Source: Anaerolineales bacterium
GTDB taxonomy: Bacteria > Chloroflexota > Anaerolineae > 4572-78 > J111
Assembly (NCBI GenBank): GCA_015075405.1
Contig: JABTUK010000005.1
Span: forward strand, 773,747-813,746
DNA length: 40,000 nt
Reading direction: 5' to 3'
Positions 9,040 to 17,125 of the stretch are shown here, piece after piece (positions within the stretch are counted from its first letter, which is position 1; the number at the start of each line of letters is the position of its first letter). Both the position numbers and the translations under genes were made by a program. The notes under the pieces were generated by a model. The model saw nothing but the letters and a program-made list of their open reading frames with translations, ran no database searches and was not told the DNA's origin.

Positions 9040-10443
9040 TCAACTACTATAGTTAATATTCTCTCGCTCAGCCACCCCAAAGAGGGAGGGCGGCACTAGC
9101 AGGAAGAGTAGGTTGAGCAGGATACCGACCAAAGCGGCGAAAACAATGGCCGGAATGCCATTCGGGAACACTACCGGGATGGCGAAGGGGTACAGGCCAT
9201 CTTTCAAGGCCAGGTTGCCGCCGATGCCCGTAATCAAAATAATCGCCCCGACGGCCAGTTGGCGCGGCTCAAACAAGTTGACCTTTTCGGATTGGATCAG
9301 GGCAATACCTTGCATGCCGATAACGCCGAACAGATAAACGGCCAGGCCGCCGGTCACGGCGACCGGGATAGTATTCACCACCGCGGCCAGCTTACCGATA
9401 AAACCCAAGACAATGGCAATTACGCCCGCCGCCATCAAAACCGGCACGGAATAGTTGCGAGTAATGGCCATCAGACTGTTGTTCTCGCCGTAGTTGGTGC
9501 CGGCGCAGCCGCCCAGAAAACCAACCACCATATCATCAGCGCCATCTGCTACCAAATTCAGGCCGATGAGCTTTTTGATTTCAAACGGTTGGCGACCCAT
9601 TTCTTTAGCCAGTTGATCAATGTACAGGCTCATCTGATAGAGGTGAGCCGTGCTTTCGGGGATAGTGGCAATGGCGATGAGGGCAATACTTAAAATGGAA
9701 GCCCAAGCGCGCGGATCCTCGAAAGCCGGGAGGGTAATGTTGGGGACGCGCACCCAATCCGCCTCGGCAATCAGCCCAAAATTGACCAGACCAAAGGGAA
9801 TGGCTACCACATAGCCGACAATTGCGCCCAACAAGATAGGCAACATGCCCAGCAAGCCCCGATTTTGCAGGTAAACCGAGAACGCGACCGTGACGATGAG
9901 CGTAATAAAAGCCACACCCCAGTGCGCGCCGGCCATGCCCAACGCCGCGCCAGCCAGGGCAATGCCAATCACTACCGCTACACTGCCGGTGATAACCGGC
10001 GGTAGCACTTTATCCAGGGCCGCTTTGCCAATTCGCATAATGAGCAGGCCAACCAGAATTTCAACGACGGCAGTGCCCATAATGCCGACCTGGACAATCC
10101 GTACCCCTTCGGCGCAGTAGAAAGTGTTGGGGTCGCCAAAGCAGTCGTTGGCATACAGGCTCATGGTGGTGATAACGACGGCAATATAGCTAAAGCTGGA
10201 GCCATAATACATCGGAATGCGCCGCCGGGCCACGAGCAGGGCGATAATCGTGCCCAGCCCGCTGGCGAGCAGGGTGACGCCGACATCAAACTTGGTCAAG
10301 ATTGCCACCAGAACCGTAGCCGGAAACATGGTTAAGACCTGCTGAAAGCCCAGGCTGAGCATCGCCCCTAGCGGCGGGGTGTCGGTGGGCAAATAACCGG
10401 ATATTTTCTTTTCATCTTTGTGTTCTACAGCGGCAGTAGCCAT
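9040..10443 (-). CDS. NCS2-family nucleobase (xanthine/uracil-type) permease
   Basis: Polytopic membrane ORF with an NCS2-like core (GYLPTDTPP, LGFQQVLTMFPATV, AGTNYGENNS). Start moved to the ATG at 10443, which has AAGGAG 8 nt upstream (MATAAVEH...). Confidence 0.8.
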   Translation of the reverse strand: MATAAVEHKDEKKISGYLPTDTPPLGAMLSLGFQQVLTMFPATVLVAILTKFDVGVTLLASGLGTIIALLVARRRIPMYYGSSFSYIAVVITTMSLYANDCFGDPNTFYCAEGVRIVQVGIMGTAVVEILVGLLIMRIGKAALDKVLPPVITGSVAVVIGIALAGAALGMAGAHWGVAFITLIVTVAFSVYLQNRGLLGMLPILLGAIVGYVVAIPFGLVNFGLIAEADWVRVPNITLPAFEDPRAWASILSIALIAIATIPESTAHLYQMSLYIDQLAKEMGRQPFEIKKLIGLNLVADGADDMVVGFLGGCAGTNYGENNSLMAITRNYSVPVLMAAGVIAIVLGFIGKLAAVVNTIPVAVTGGLAVYLFGVIGMQGIALIQSEKVNLFEPRQLAVGAIILITGIGGNLALKDGLYPFAIPVVFPNGIPAIVFAALVGILLNLLFLLVPPSLFGVAERENINYSS

Positions 10444-10490
10444 ATAACACTCCTTTTCTTTTTCATCTCTGAAAAAATAAACGCTTAACA

Positions 10491-10602
10491 TAACTGCTCA
10501 ACTCCCCTGTCATTTCGAGGCTAAAGGCCGAGAAATCCCCGGGGCGATACATAGACATTAAGGATTTCTCCCTTCGGTCGAAATGACATACCTGAGCAAT
10601 TA
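10491..10602. mobile_element. MITE-like palindromic element, copy a (TAACTGCTCA...GTCATTTCGAGGC...GAGAAATC // GATTTCTCCCTTCGGTCGAAATGAC...TGAGCAATTA)
   Basis: ~112 bp with terminal and subterminal inverted repeats. Two further copies are in the window. Confidence 0.7.
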
Positions 10603-10873
10603 CCGCTTGACAATATTCTGTTGGGGTTTTTGCCAAGGCGCCTCCTCAAAATACAAACGACCACACCCTTGAGGAGAGCATGGTCATTGACATAATAAGC
10701 AACCTGGAATTTGCTGTGGGTTGCTGTCTCTCTCCGTTGAGAGCGAGAAATAATAGTTTACTCAAAGATACTCGCACTTCTCATGTTACTTGTTCCGTTT
10801 AAATAAATTAAGTGACAGATGTCATGTTTCTAACGGATAGATGTCATCAGCGGGTTGTTGGGTAAATTGCTGG

Positions 10874-10988
10874 TAACTGCTCAGCCTTCATGTCATTTCG
10901 AGGCCGTAGGCTGAGAAATCTCAACCGCGCTACAGCGACCTCAGAGATTTCTCCCTTCGGTCGAAATGACATGTGTGAGTAGACAATT
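10874..10988. mobile_element. MITE-like palindromic element, copy b (same orientation as copy a)
   Basis: taactgctcagccttcatgtcatttcgaggccgtaggctgagaaatc ... gatttctcccttcggtcgaaatgacatgtgtgagtagacaatt. Confidence 0.7.
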
Positions 10989-11015
10989 GCTGTATATAGA
11001 TTGGCATTGTAAAAT
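10987..11015 (+). promoter_or_regulatory. Candidate sigma-70-type promoter for the amidase gene
   Basis: TTGCTG, a 17-nt spacer, then TAAAAT, about 35 nt upstream of the GTG start at 11049. Confidence 0.3.
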
Positions 11016-11048
11016 GAGGCAGACCTTTTTTGGGAGGAGATCTGTTTT

Positions 11049-12287
11049 GTGGATACAGATTTGAAGGCGCTGGAAGCTAAATTCGAGGCGGTTAATGCCC
11101 AGATTCAAGCCTTTTTGCCTGAAAAAGGGCGCTTTGACCGGCTCCGGCAGGAAATGCGGGCGCTCGAAGGGCGTTTTCCTGACCCGACGGCTCGCCCTCC
11201 TTTATACGGTGTTTTGATCGGCGTCAAAGATATTTTTCATGTGGAGGGTATGCCTACCCAGGCCGGTTCGCGCCTGCCGCCCGACCTGCTGACCGGGCCG
11301 GAAGCCGAGTGTGTCACCCAACTCAAAGCGGCGGGGGCGCTGGTGCTGGGCAAAACTGTCACTACCGAATTTGCCTATTTTGCCCCTGGCCCAACGCGTA
11401 ATCCTCATAATCTTGCTCATACCCCCGGCGGGTCGAGCAGCGGTTCGGCTGCAGCCGTAGCCGCTGGATTGTGCCCGCTGGCGTTGGGAACTCAAACGAT
11501 TGGTTCAATTTTGCGGCCGGCGGCTTTTTGCGGTGTGGTTGGTTTTAAGCCCAGCTTTGGCCGCATTTCTAGCGTCGGGGTTATTCCTTTTTCACCCTCG
11601 CTCGATCACGTCGGCTTTTTTGTCCGGGATGTAGCCGATGCAACCCTGGCGGCGGCGGTATTGTGCCGGGAGTGGAACGATGAGACCGGCAGCGGCGATG
11701 AGGCGAAAAAAGCGCCGGTACTGGGCCTGCCAGTGGGGCCTTACTTGCAAAAAGCCAGCCCGGAAGGATTGGCCCATTTTCAGACAGTTCAGCAAAAATT
11801 GCAGCAGGCAGGTTTTGAGCTGCGGCCCGTAGAGATCATGGCTAATTTTGAAGAGATTGCCGCAGCCCATCAATCTTTAGCTGCCGCTGAGGCCGCCATG
11901 GTACATCGTGAGTGGTATGCTGACTTTAGCGGTTTATACCACCCCAAAACGGCGGCGTTGATTGAACGAGGGCAGCAGGTTTCACCTGAGCAAATCGAGC
12001 GTTACCGTGCAGGTCGGGAGCAGTTGCGGCAGGAGCTGACGGCAGTAATGGCCGAACAGGGCGTGTCGGCCTGGATTGCGCCGGCAGCGGTGGGAGTCGC
12101 TCCGGCCTCCCTTGACAGCACCGGCGACCCGATTATGAACTTACCCTGGACGTATGCCGGCCTCCCTACCATCAGCCTGCCCTCAGGCAGTCTCGATGGG
12201 CTGCCGTTGGGTTTACAAATTGTGGCCGGCTGGTATCAGGATGAAATGTTGTTAGCCTGGGCGCAGCAAATTATGCCGGCCCTGTGA
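11049..12287 (+). CDS. Amidase-signature family enzyme (GatA-like amidase)
   Basis: 412-aa ORF with a GTG start. Amidase signature GGSSSGSAAAVAAG, and a catalytic-Lys region GVKDIF. Confidence 0.85.
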   Translation: MDTDLKALEAKFEAVNAQIQAFLPEKGRFDRLRQEMRALEGRFPDPTARPPLYGVLIGVKDIFHVEGMPTQAGSRLPPDLLTGPEAECVTQLKAAGALVLGKTVTTEFAYFAPGPTRNPHNLAHTPGGSSSGSAAAVAAGLCPLALGTQTIGSILRPAAFCGVVGFKPSFGRISSVGVIPFSPSLDHVGFFVRDVADATLAAAVLCREWNDETGSGDEAKKAPVLGLPVGPYLQKASPEGLAHFQTVQQKLQQAGFELRPVEIMANFEEIAAAHQSLAAAEAAMVHREWYADFSGLYHPKTAALIERGQQVSPEQIERYRAGREQLRQELTAVMAEQGVSAWIAPAAVGVAPASLDSTGDPIMNLPWTYAGLPTISLPSGSLDGLPLGLQIVAGWYQDEMLLAWAQQIMPAL

Positions 12288-12634
12288 CATTCCTCACTAA
12301 AGATTGATGACATTTCTCACTGTTGGATAGCGGATGAACCTGTTATACTATGGCCCATATTTCCCGTCGGCCGATGCTGTAAGTTATCCCAATAATTTTG
12401 CCAACAGAATAAAATTGAATATAATGGCCCGAAATCCCGCGCGTGTTCTGTTTTATTCAAGTAAACAGAGTAATGGTTGCGGTGATACCTCTTGTTGAAC
12501 AATTTGCTTCAACAGCCACCTTGAACGCTTTCCCCCTTAATCGCCGGCGCTGCAAATAAACTAAATATTGGCAACTTGATGCTATGGATTGTCACATTCT
12601 ATCTAGTTTAAGTTGAAAGGAGCGAGGAGTTTTT

Positions 12635-13360
12635 ATGGTCACAAGAATTTTTTCTTGGCTGGCCGGCCTAACGTTGGTTCTGGTCTTTATGGTTATTATC
12701 AGCCCAGACCTGTTTCGGGGGTACGTCTTCAGCGAAGACCGGCGCAGCAGTGGCAGGCGGGTTTACGAAACTTATTGTATTGGCTGCCACGGGCAGACGG
12801 GCCTGGGTGACGGCGAGGCTTCTATTTTTCTTAACCCCAAACCCAGAAATTTTGTTAATGGCCAGTTCAAATTCTTTTATTTTGGTGAAGCAGGGCCGTT
12901 ACCTTCGGATGACAGCTTAAAAATAACTATTCGTAATGGCATCCAGGGCGCAGCCATGCCCGCTTTTCCCCTCCTCACCGACCAAGAAATTAGAGATGTG
13001 ACAACCTACCTCAAAAGCCTGCGCGAAGGCGGCTGGGTTGAACCCGCGCCGGTTCAGGCCGCCGGTGTTGTTATCGAGGGAACAACTCCGTCTGAGATTT
13101 TTGCCAACGCCGGCTGCAACGCCTGCCACCAACTTGATCAGCAGGGCGCTGTGGGTGGGATTGGGCCAAACCTTACTCAAGTAGGCAGCCGTCTGAGTGT
13201 AGACCAAATTAAAGAGTCTATTATAAACCCCACCGCTGTTACTGCCGCCGAATGTCCGGGTGGCCCCTGTCCCCAGGGAGTGATGCCGCAGTACTTTAAA
13301 GACCGGCTGACCCCGGAGCAGATTGATACACTGGCAAATTATTTAGCAGAGCAAAAGTAA
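12635..13360 (+). CDS. Membrane-anchored dihaem c-type cytochrome (CcoP-like)
   Basis: N-terminal TM helix and two CxxCH motifs (CIGCH, CNACH). Sits immediately upstream of ccoN. Confidence 0.8.
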   Translation: MVTRIFSWLAGLTLVLVFMVIISPDLFRGYVFSEDRRSSGRRVYETYCIGCHGQTGLGDGEASIFLNPKPRNFVNGQFKFFYFGEAGPLPSDDSLKITIRNGIQGAAMPAFPLLTDQEIRDVTTYLKSLREGGWVEPAPVQAAGVVIEGTTPSEIFANAGCNACHQLDQQGAVGGIGPNLTQVGSRLSVDQIKESIINPTAVTAAECPGGPCPQGVMPQYFKDRLTPEQIDTLANYLAEQK

Positions 13361-13377
13361 CCCAGGAGGAAAGGACT

Positions 13378-14832
13378 ATGACTGTAGCAGTTGCCAAAAG
13401 ACGCGCTCAACCTGTCGCGTCAATAAAGCCCCTTATTAATTTAGGCTTGGTTAAGGCCCATATCATTGCCGGCTTTGTCTTTTTGATTATCGCTATGCTG
13501 ATGGGCATTTTCTACGCGCTCCAACTGAATAATTTGTACCCGTTCCCAGGCATCGAGTTTCTCTCGCCGGGGCGCATCCGTATGATCCATACCAATGGAG
13601 TGGCCTACGGCTTTATCGTCAATGTTTTCCTGGGCGCATTGTATTGGGCCGTTCCCCGGCTGACACAGCGCCGGGTGCTGCATGATCTGTTAGGCTGGTT
13701 AATTTTCTGGGTCTATCTGTTCATTGTCTTGTGGACGGTGGTGGGCATTTTGGCCGGCTATGCTCAAGCGGTCGAGTGGGGTGAAACTCCCGGCGCTTTT
13801 ACCGCCAACGGTACCTGGCTCTTTCCCATTGACGAATTGGTAATGGTTGGCTTGGTTTTGATTGCCATCCAATTTCTGACCCCCATTTTTCAATTTGGCA
13901 GCAAACAGCCTATGTATGTCAGCCTGTGGTATTTCTCGGTGGCTTTTATCTGGGTTATTTTGACCTATGCCATGGGCAATTACCTGCCCGAATTTATCCC
14001 TGGCGCGGGTGGGGCTACCTTCGTCGGCCTGTTCATCCACGATTTGGTCGGCTTGCTGGTTACACCGCTGGGCTGGGGGATGATGTACTACTTTGTGCCC
14101 GCGCTGCTGAAGAAACCTATCTGGAGCCATGCTGTGTCGCTGCTGGGTTTCTGGGGGCTGGCCTTTTTCTATCCATTGCAAGGAGTCCATCACTTCATCT
14201 ACAGCACCATTCCGATGTTTGCTCAGTTTGGGGCGGTGGTTTCAACCGTTGCCATCGAAATTATGGTGGTCACGGTTTTTATCAACTTCTTTATGACCTT
14301 GCGCGGCCGCGAAATTGCCCCGGTGACGAATATGCCGATTCGCTGGTTCTACACCGGGATGGTTTTTTACGTGATTACCTGTATCCAATGCGCGGTCCAC
14401 GTGCAGTTCTGGGCGCAAGAGTTTGTCCACTTTACCGATTGGGTGGTAGGGCACGCCCACCTGATTATGTTTGGCACTTTTGGCTTCTGGCTCATTGGTA
14501 TTACCACCGATTTGTGGCCGCGGGTGTTGGGGCGAAAAAATTGGTGGTCGCCGGCTTTGCATGAGGCCGTGTTCTGGATGTGTACCATCGGCCTGGCCTC
14601 GATGTTTGTGGCGCTCACTTCGGCCGGCCTGGTTGAAGGCTATCTGTGGAAAGGATTGGCCCCCTGGGAAGTATCGCTGCAATCGGTTCGGCTCATCTGG
14701 CTCTTCCGCACAGCGACCGGTCTGTTGATGTTTGCCGGGATACTGCTCTTTGCCTTCAATATGTATATGACGGCTACGACCCCCGAAGCCGAGGAAACGG
14801 CGGCGAATCTGGTCCCGGCTCCGGCCAAGTAG
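13378..14832 (+). CDS. ccoN: C-family (cbb3-type) haem-copper oxidase catalytic subunit I
   Basis: 484-aa, 12-TM-type ORF with haem/CuB histidine regions (YPLQGVHHF, HFTDWVVGHAHLIMFG). Followed directly by a CcoO-type subunit. Confidence 0.8.
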   Translation: MTVAVAKRRAQPVASIKPLINLGLVKAHIIAGFVFLIIAMLMGIFYALQLNNLYPFPGIEFLSPGRIRMIHTNGVAYGFIVNVFLGALYWAVPRLTQRRVLHDLLGWLIFWVYLFIVLWTVVGILAGYAQAVEWGETPGAFTANGTWLFPIDELVMVGLVLIAIQFLTPIFQFGSKQPMYVSLWYFSVAFIWVILTYAMGNYLPEFIPGAGGATFVGLFIHDLVGLLVTPLGWGMMYYFVPALLKKPIWSHAVSLLGFWGLAFFYPLQGVHHFIYSTIPMFAQFGAVVSTVAIEIMVVTVFINFFMTLRGREIAPVTNMPIRWFYTGMVFYVITCIQCAVHVQFWAQEFVHFTDWVVGHAHLIMFGTFGFWLIGITTDLWPRVLGRKNWWSPALHEAVFWMCTIGLASMFVALTSAGLVEGYLWKGLAPWEVSLQSVRLIWLFRTATGLLMFAGILLFAFNMYMTATTPEAEETAANLVPAPAK

Positions 14833-14848
14833 GATAAGGAGAGTTCTG

Positions 14849-15451
14849 ATGGAAAAAACGATTGAAAAGTTCCAATTTATCTTTCTGGTTGCCGGTATTG
14901 GTTTCTTTGTCCTGGCCTTTATTGTCTCCGGGGTGGTCACGGTCAATGCCCTGTCCAACCTGCCCTATACCACCCTGGACGAGATGTCGCAGGATGTTGG
15001 CCCCTACTTCGTCGCTCTCTCCACTCAATACCCGCAGCAGTTTGAAAAGTACTATCCAGGCGGCCCGACCCCTGAAAATTATCGCGAGGCGCTCAAGCTG
15101 GCTCGTGATACCTATATTGGCGAAGCTTGCTGGCACTGCCATTCGCAGCAGGTACGACCCGTGGCCAATGAGGATGTGCGCTTTGGCCCTGTCTCCACCG
15201 CCGCCGAACAGCAGCATGAGCTGATGATGCCGCAACTGATGGGCACCCGCCGGGTTGGGCCTGACCTATCTCGTGAGGGCGGCTATCGCTCTAACGATTG
15301 GCATGTGGCCCATTTTTACAACCCCCGCTCGGTCGCGCCCACCTCGGTGATGCCCAGCTATAGCTGGTTCTTTGATGGACAACAGCCCAACAAAAAGGGT
15401 CTGGCCATGATTGCCTACATGCAGTGGCTGGGAACTAATGTAGAACGATGA
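14849..15451 (+). CDS. ccoO: cbb3-type oxidase monohaem subunit II
   Basis: N-terminal TM. CcoO hallmark EACWHCHSQQVRP, then RVGPDLSREGGYRSNDWHVAHFYNPRSVAPTSVMPSY. Confidence 0.85.
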   Translation: MEKTIEKFQFIFLVAGIGFFVLAFIVSGVVTVNALSNLPYTTLDEMSQDVGPYFVALSTQYPQQFEKYYPGGPTPENYREALKLARDTYIGEACWHCHSQQVRPVANEDVRFGPVSTAAEQQHELMMPQLMGTRRVGPDLSREGGYRSNDWHVAHFYNPRSVAPTSVMPSYSWFFDGQQPNKKGLAMIAYMQWLGTNVER

Positions 15452-15520
15452 GGCGAGGAGACGAGGATGCTGGTTTTTCGCCTCCTCGCGTCACCACTCA
15501 TCGCCTCATCGCCTCACTCA
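15448..15520. repeat. GAGGCGA/CTCATCGC word-type repeat, second family member
   Basis: atgaggcgaggagacgagg ... cgcctcctcgcgtcaccactcatcgcctcatcgcctcac, directly after the ccoO stop. Confidence 0.55.
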
Positions 15521-15531
15521 GGAGTAGCAAA

Positions 15532-15849
15532 ATGACTAAAAATCGTTTCAAAGATGGCAAATTTATTTCGGTGTTGGTTGTCGCTATCACGGTTGGAGCA
15601 GCGGGCCTTACGTTTATGTTCAAGCTCTATGAATTTGTGGCTGCTTCAACAACGGGTATTCTACCCGGAATTGTTACGGCGACGGTACTGCCTTACTTCT
15701 TTATCAGCGGCGGCTTTTTATTGTTAGCCGGTTGGGCTTGGGCCGGGGGGCATTATAAAAACATCGAAGGGGTCAAGCGGGACATGCTGATGCAAGAAGA
15801 AGTCTATGAAAAATTAGAGCGCGAGCACAAACTCTTTTATAACAAATAG
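15532..15849 (+). CDS. Small 3-TM membrane protein with a CcoS/FixS-like tail
   Basis: Start set at the ATG at 15532, preceded by AGGAG. The segment WAWAGGHYKNIEGVKRDMLMQEE resembles the CcoS motif (W-A-x-x-x-G-Q-[FY]-D-D-x-E-G...R-I-L). This comparison is from memory. Confidence 0.45.
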   Translation: MTKNRFKDGKFISVLVVAITVGAAGLTFMFKLYEFVAASTTGILPGIVTATVLPYFFISGGFLLLAGWAWAGGHYKNIEGVKRDMLMQEEVYEKLEREHKLFYNK

Positions 15850-15864
15850 AGGGGAGAGAGATTT

Positions 15865-16344
15865 ATGCGACAACCATCACAAAAGTTGATTATCTTCTTT
15901 ATTGTGGCTTTGGGCGCAGGTTATGCCGTTTCTTTTGGCATTATGACCTTTATTTTAGACGCCCCGCTGCGCCTCTACGGTTTTGGCAACTTGACGTTGG
16001 TGGCCTTGTTGGTGGCCGGCCTGCTCTTGGTTTGGTTTGACAAACCGATGGAGTTGGGCTTATTTAAATGGCCGGCCTCCAAACCAAAGACTGAACAAAC
16101 CGTCCAGGCAGTTCAAACTTCTGCCTCGATTGACCCGGCAAGCGCAGCGATGCAAGTTAGCAGCCCGAAAGGCACTGTGTTTCCCTATGAACCCCCCACC
16201 GAGCATTGGGATGTTAATTTTGGCGATAGCAAACAGGTCTACCAGGGCACTGATTTGCCGGTTTGGATTTTGGCCGGCTGGGCTGCTTTTATCATCTGGG
16301 CGGTAGTTTACCTCATCTCCGGCCTGCCAACGTTCCACTATTGA
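15865..16344 (+). CDS. Hypothetical membrane protein in the cbb3 cluster
   Basis: 159-aa ORF with an RBS-like GAGGGGAGAG upstream. Two N-terminal TM helices and one C-terminal TM helix. Confidence 0.55.
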   Translation: MRQPSQKLIIFFIVALGAGYAVSFGIMTFILDAPLRLYGFGNLTLVALLVAGLLLVWFDKPMELGLFKWPASKPKTEQTVQAVQTSASIDPASAAMQVSSPKGTVFPYEPPTEHWDVNFGDSKQVYQGTDLPVWILAGWAAFIIWAVVYLISGLPTFHY

Positions 16345-16352
16345 GATAACGT

Positions 16353-17081
16353 ATGCACCAGCACCATCTGACCGATGAACTTGGTTTTTTCCTCCTGCTG
16401 ACGACCGGCCTTTTGACCGGCCTGAGTCATTGTATCGGGATGTGTGGGCCGCTGGTGGGGGCATTTGTCTTACGGCGAAGGTCACAGCGGCAGGAAGTTT
16501 CTTCGCCGCTGTTGCTCTTTCAAACCGGACGGTTAACCACCTACATCCTCTTGGGGGCGGGGCTGGGCCTGGCCGGCGGGCTGATTGAGGGAGGCGCTGC
16601 CTGGCAGGGCTGGCAAGGTGGCCTGTCAGTCATCTTTGGGGTAATGATGGTGCTGCTGGGGTTGAATTTACTCAAAGTTTTGCCACTGCCGTCGTGGCTG
16701 GCATCGTTGGCCCTGGCGCGTCTGGTTAGCGGCTGGTTAAAATATTGGCTCGATTCATCCCAACCAGTCGCCCCTTTTGCCCTGGGTTTGACCAACGGCC
16801 TGCTGCCCTGTGGGGCGGTGTACTCGCTGGGGTTGTTAGCCGCCGCCAGCGGCGACCCGCTCAAAGGGGCCAGTATCATGCTCATCTTTGGCTTGGGAAC
16901 GCTGCCGGCCATGCTCGGCTTTGGTCTTTCGACGGCCTGGTTGAGCGTGCGCTGGCGCAGCGGTTTCTTTCGAGCGGCGGCGCTGCTGGTCGTCGTCGTG
17001 GGGGTGCAATTGACCTTGCGCGGCCTGGCTGCCACTGGTCAACTGCCTCACGCCGCAATTGGCCAGGTGATGTTGTGGTAA
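16353..17081 (+). CDS. DsbD_2 / TauE-SafE-like membrane protein (HCxxMCGP motif)
   Basis: 242-aa polytopic ORF. LSHCIGMCGPLVG near the N-terminus and a second LLPCG motif. This family commonly accompanies ccoGHIS-type clusters. Confidence 0.7.
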   Translation: MHQHHLTDELGFFLLLTTGLLTGLSHCIGMCGPLVGAFVLRRRSQRQEVSSPLLLFQTGRLTTYILLGAGLGLAGGLIEGGAAWQGWQGGLSVIFGVMMVLLGLNLLKVLPLPSWLASLALARLVSGWLKYWLDSSQPVAPFALGLTNGLLPCGAVYSLGLLAAASGDPLKGASIMLIFGLGTLPAMLGFGLSTAWLSVRWRSGFFRAAALLVVVVGVQLTLRGLAATGQLPHAAIGQVMLW

Positions 17082-17125
17082 GGCGAACCGCCTGTACTAC
17101 GGCGTTATTTTTAAGGATAGGCTGA

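Noticed and set aside
10444-10620. Purine/nucleobase riboswitch upstream of the NCS2 permease, or a Moco riboswitch upstream of the molybdoenzyme genes (8905-9039).
   Set aside because: The leader regions contain a MITE copy and a word hairpin. They do not contain the conserved purine-riboswitch junction sequences or Moco motif elements that I can recognise.
12286-12634. FNR/CRP-type box upstream of the cbb3 cluster (TTGAAC-N6-CTTCAA near 12491-12512), a direct repeat gacatt(c/t)ctcact x2 at about 12286-12323, and the 61-aa ORF at 12317-12502(-).
   Set aside because: The palindrome spacing does not match the TTGAT-N4-ATCAA consensus. The direct repeat is too short to interpret. The ORF has no RBS or recognisable motif.
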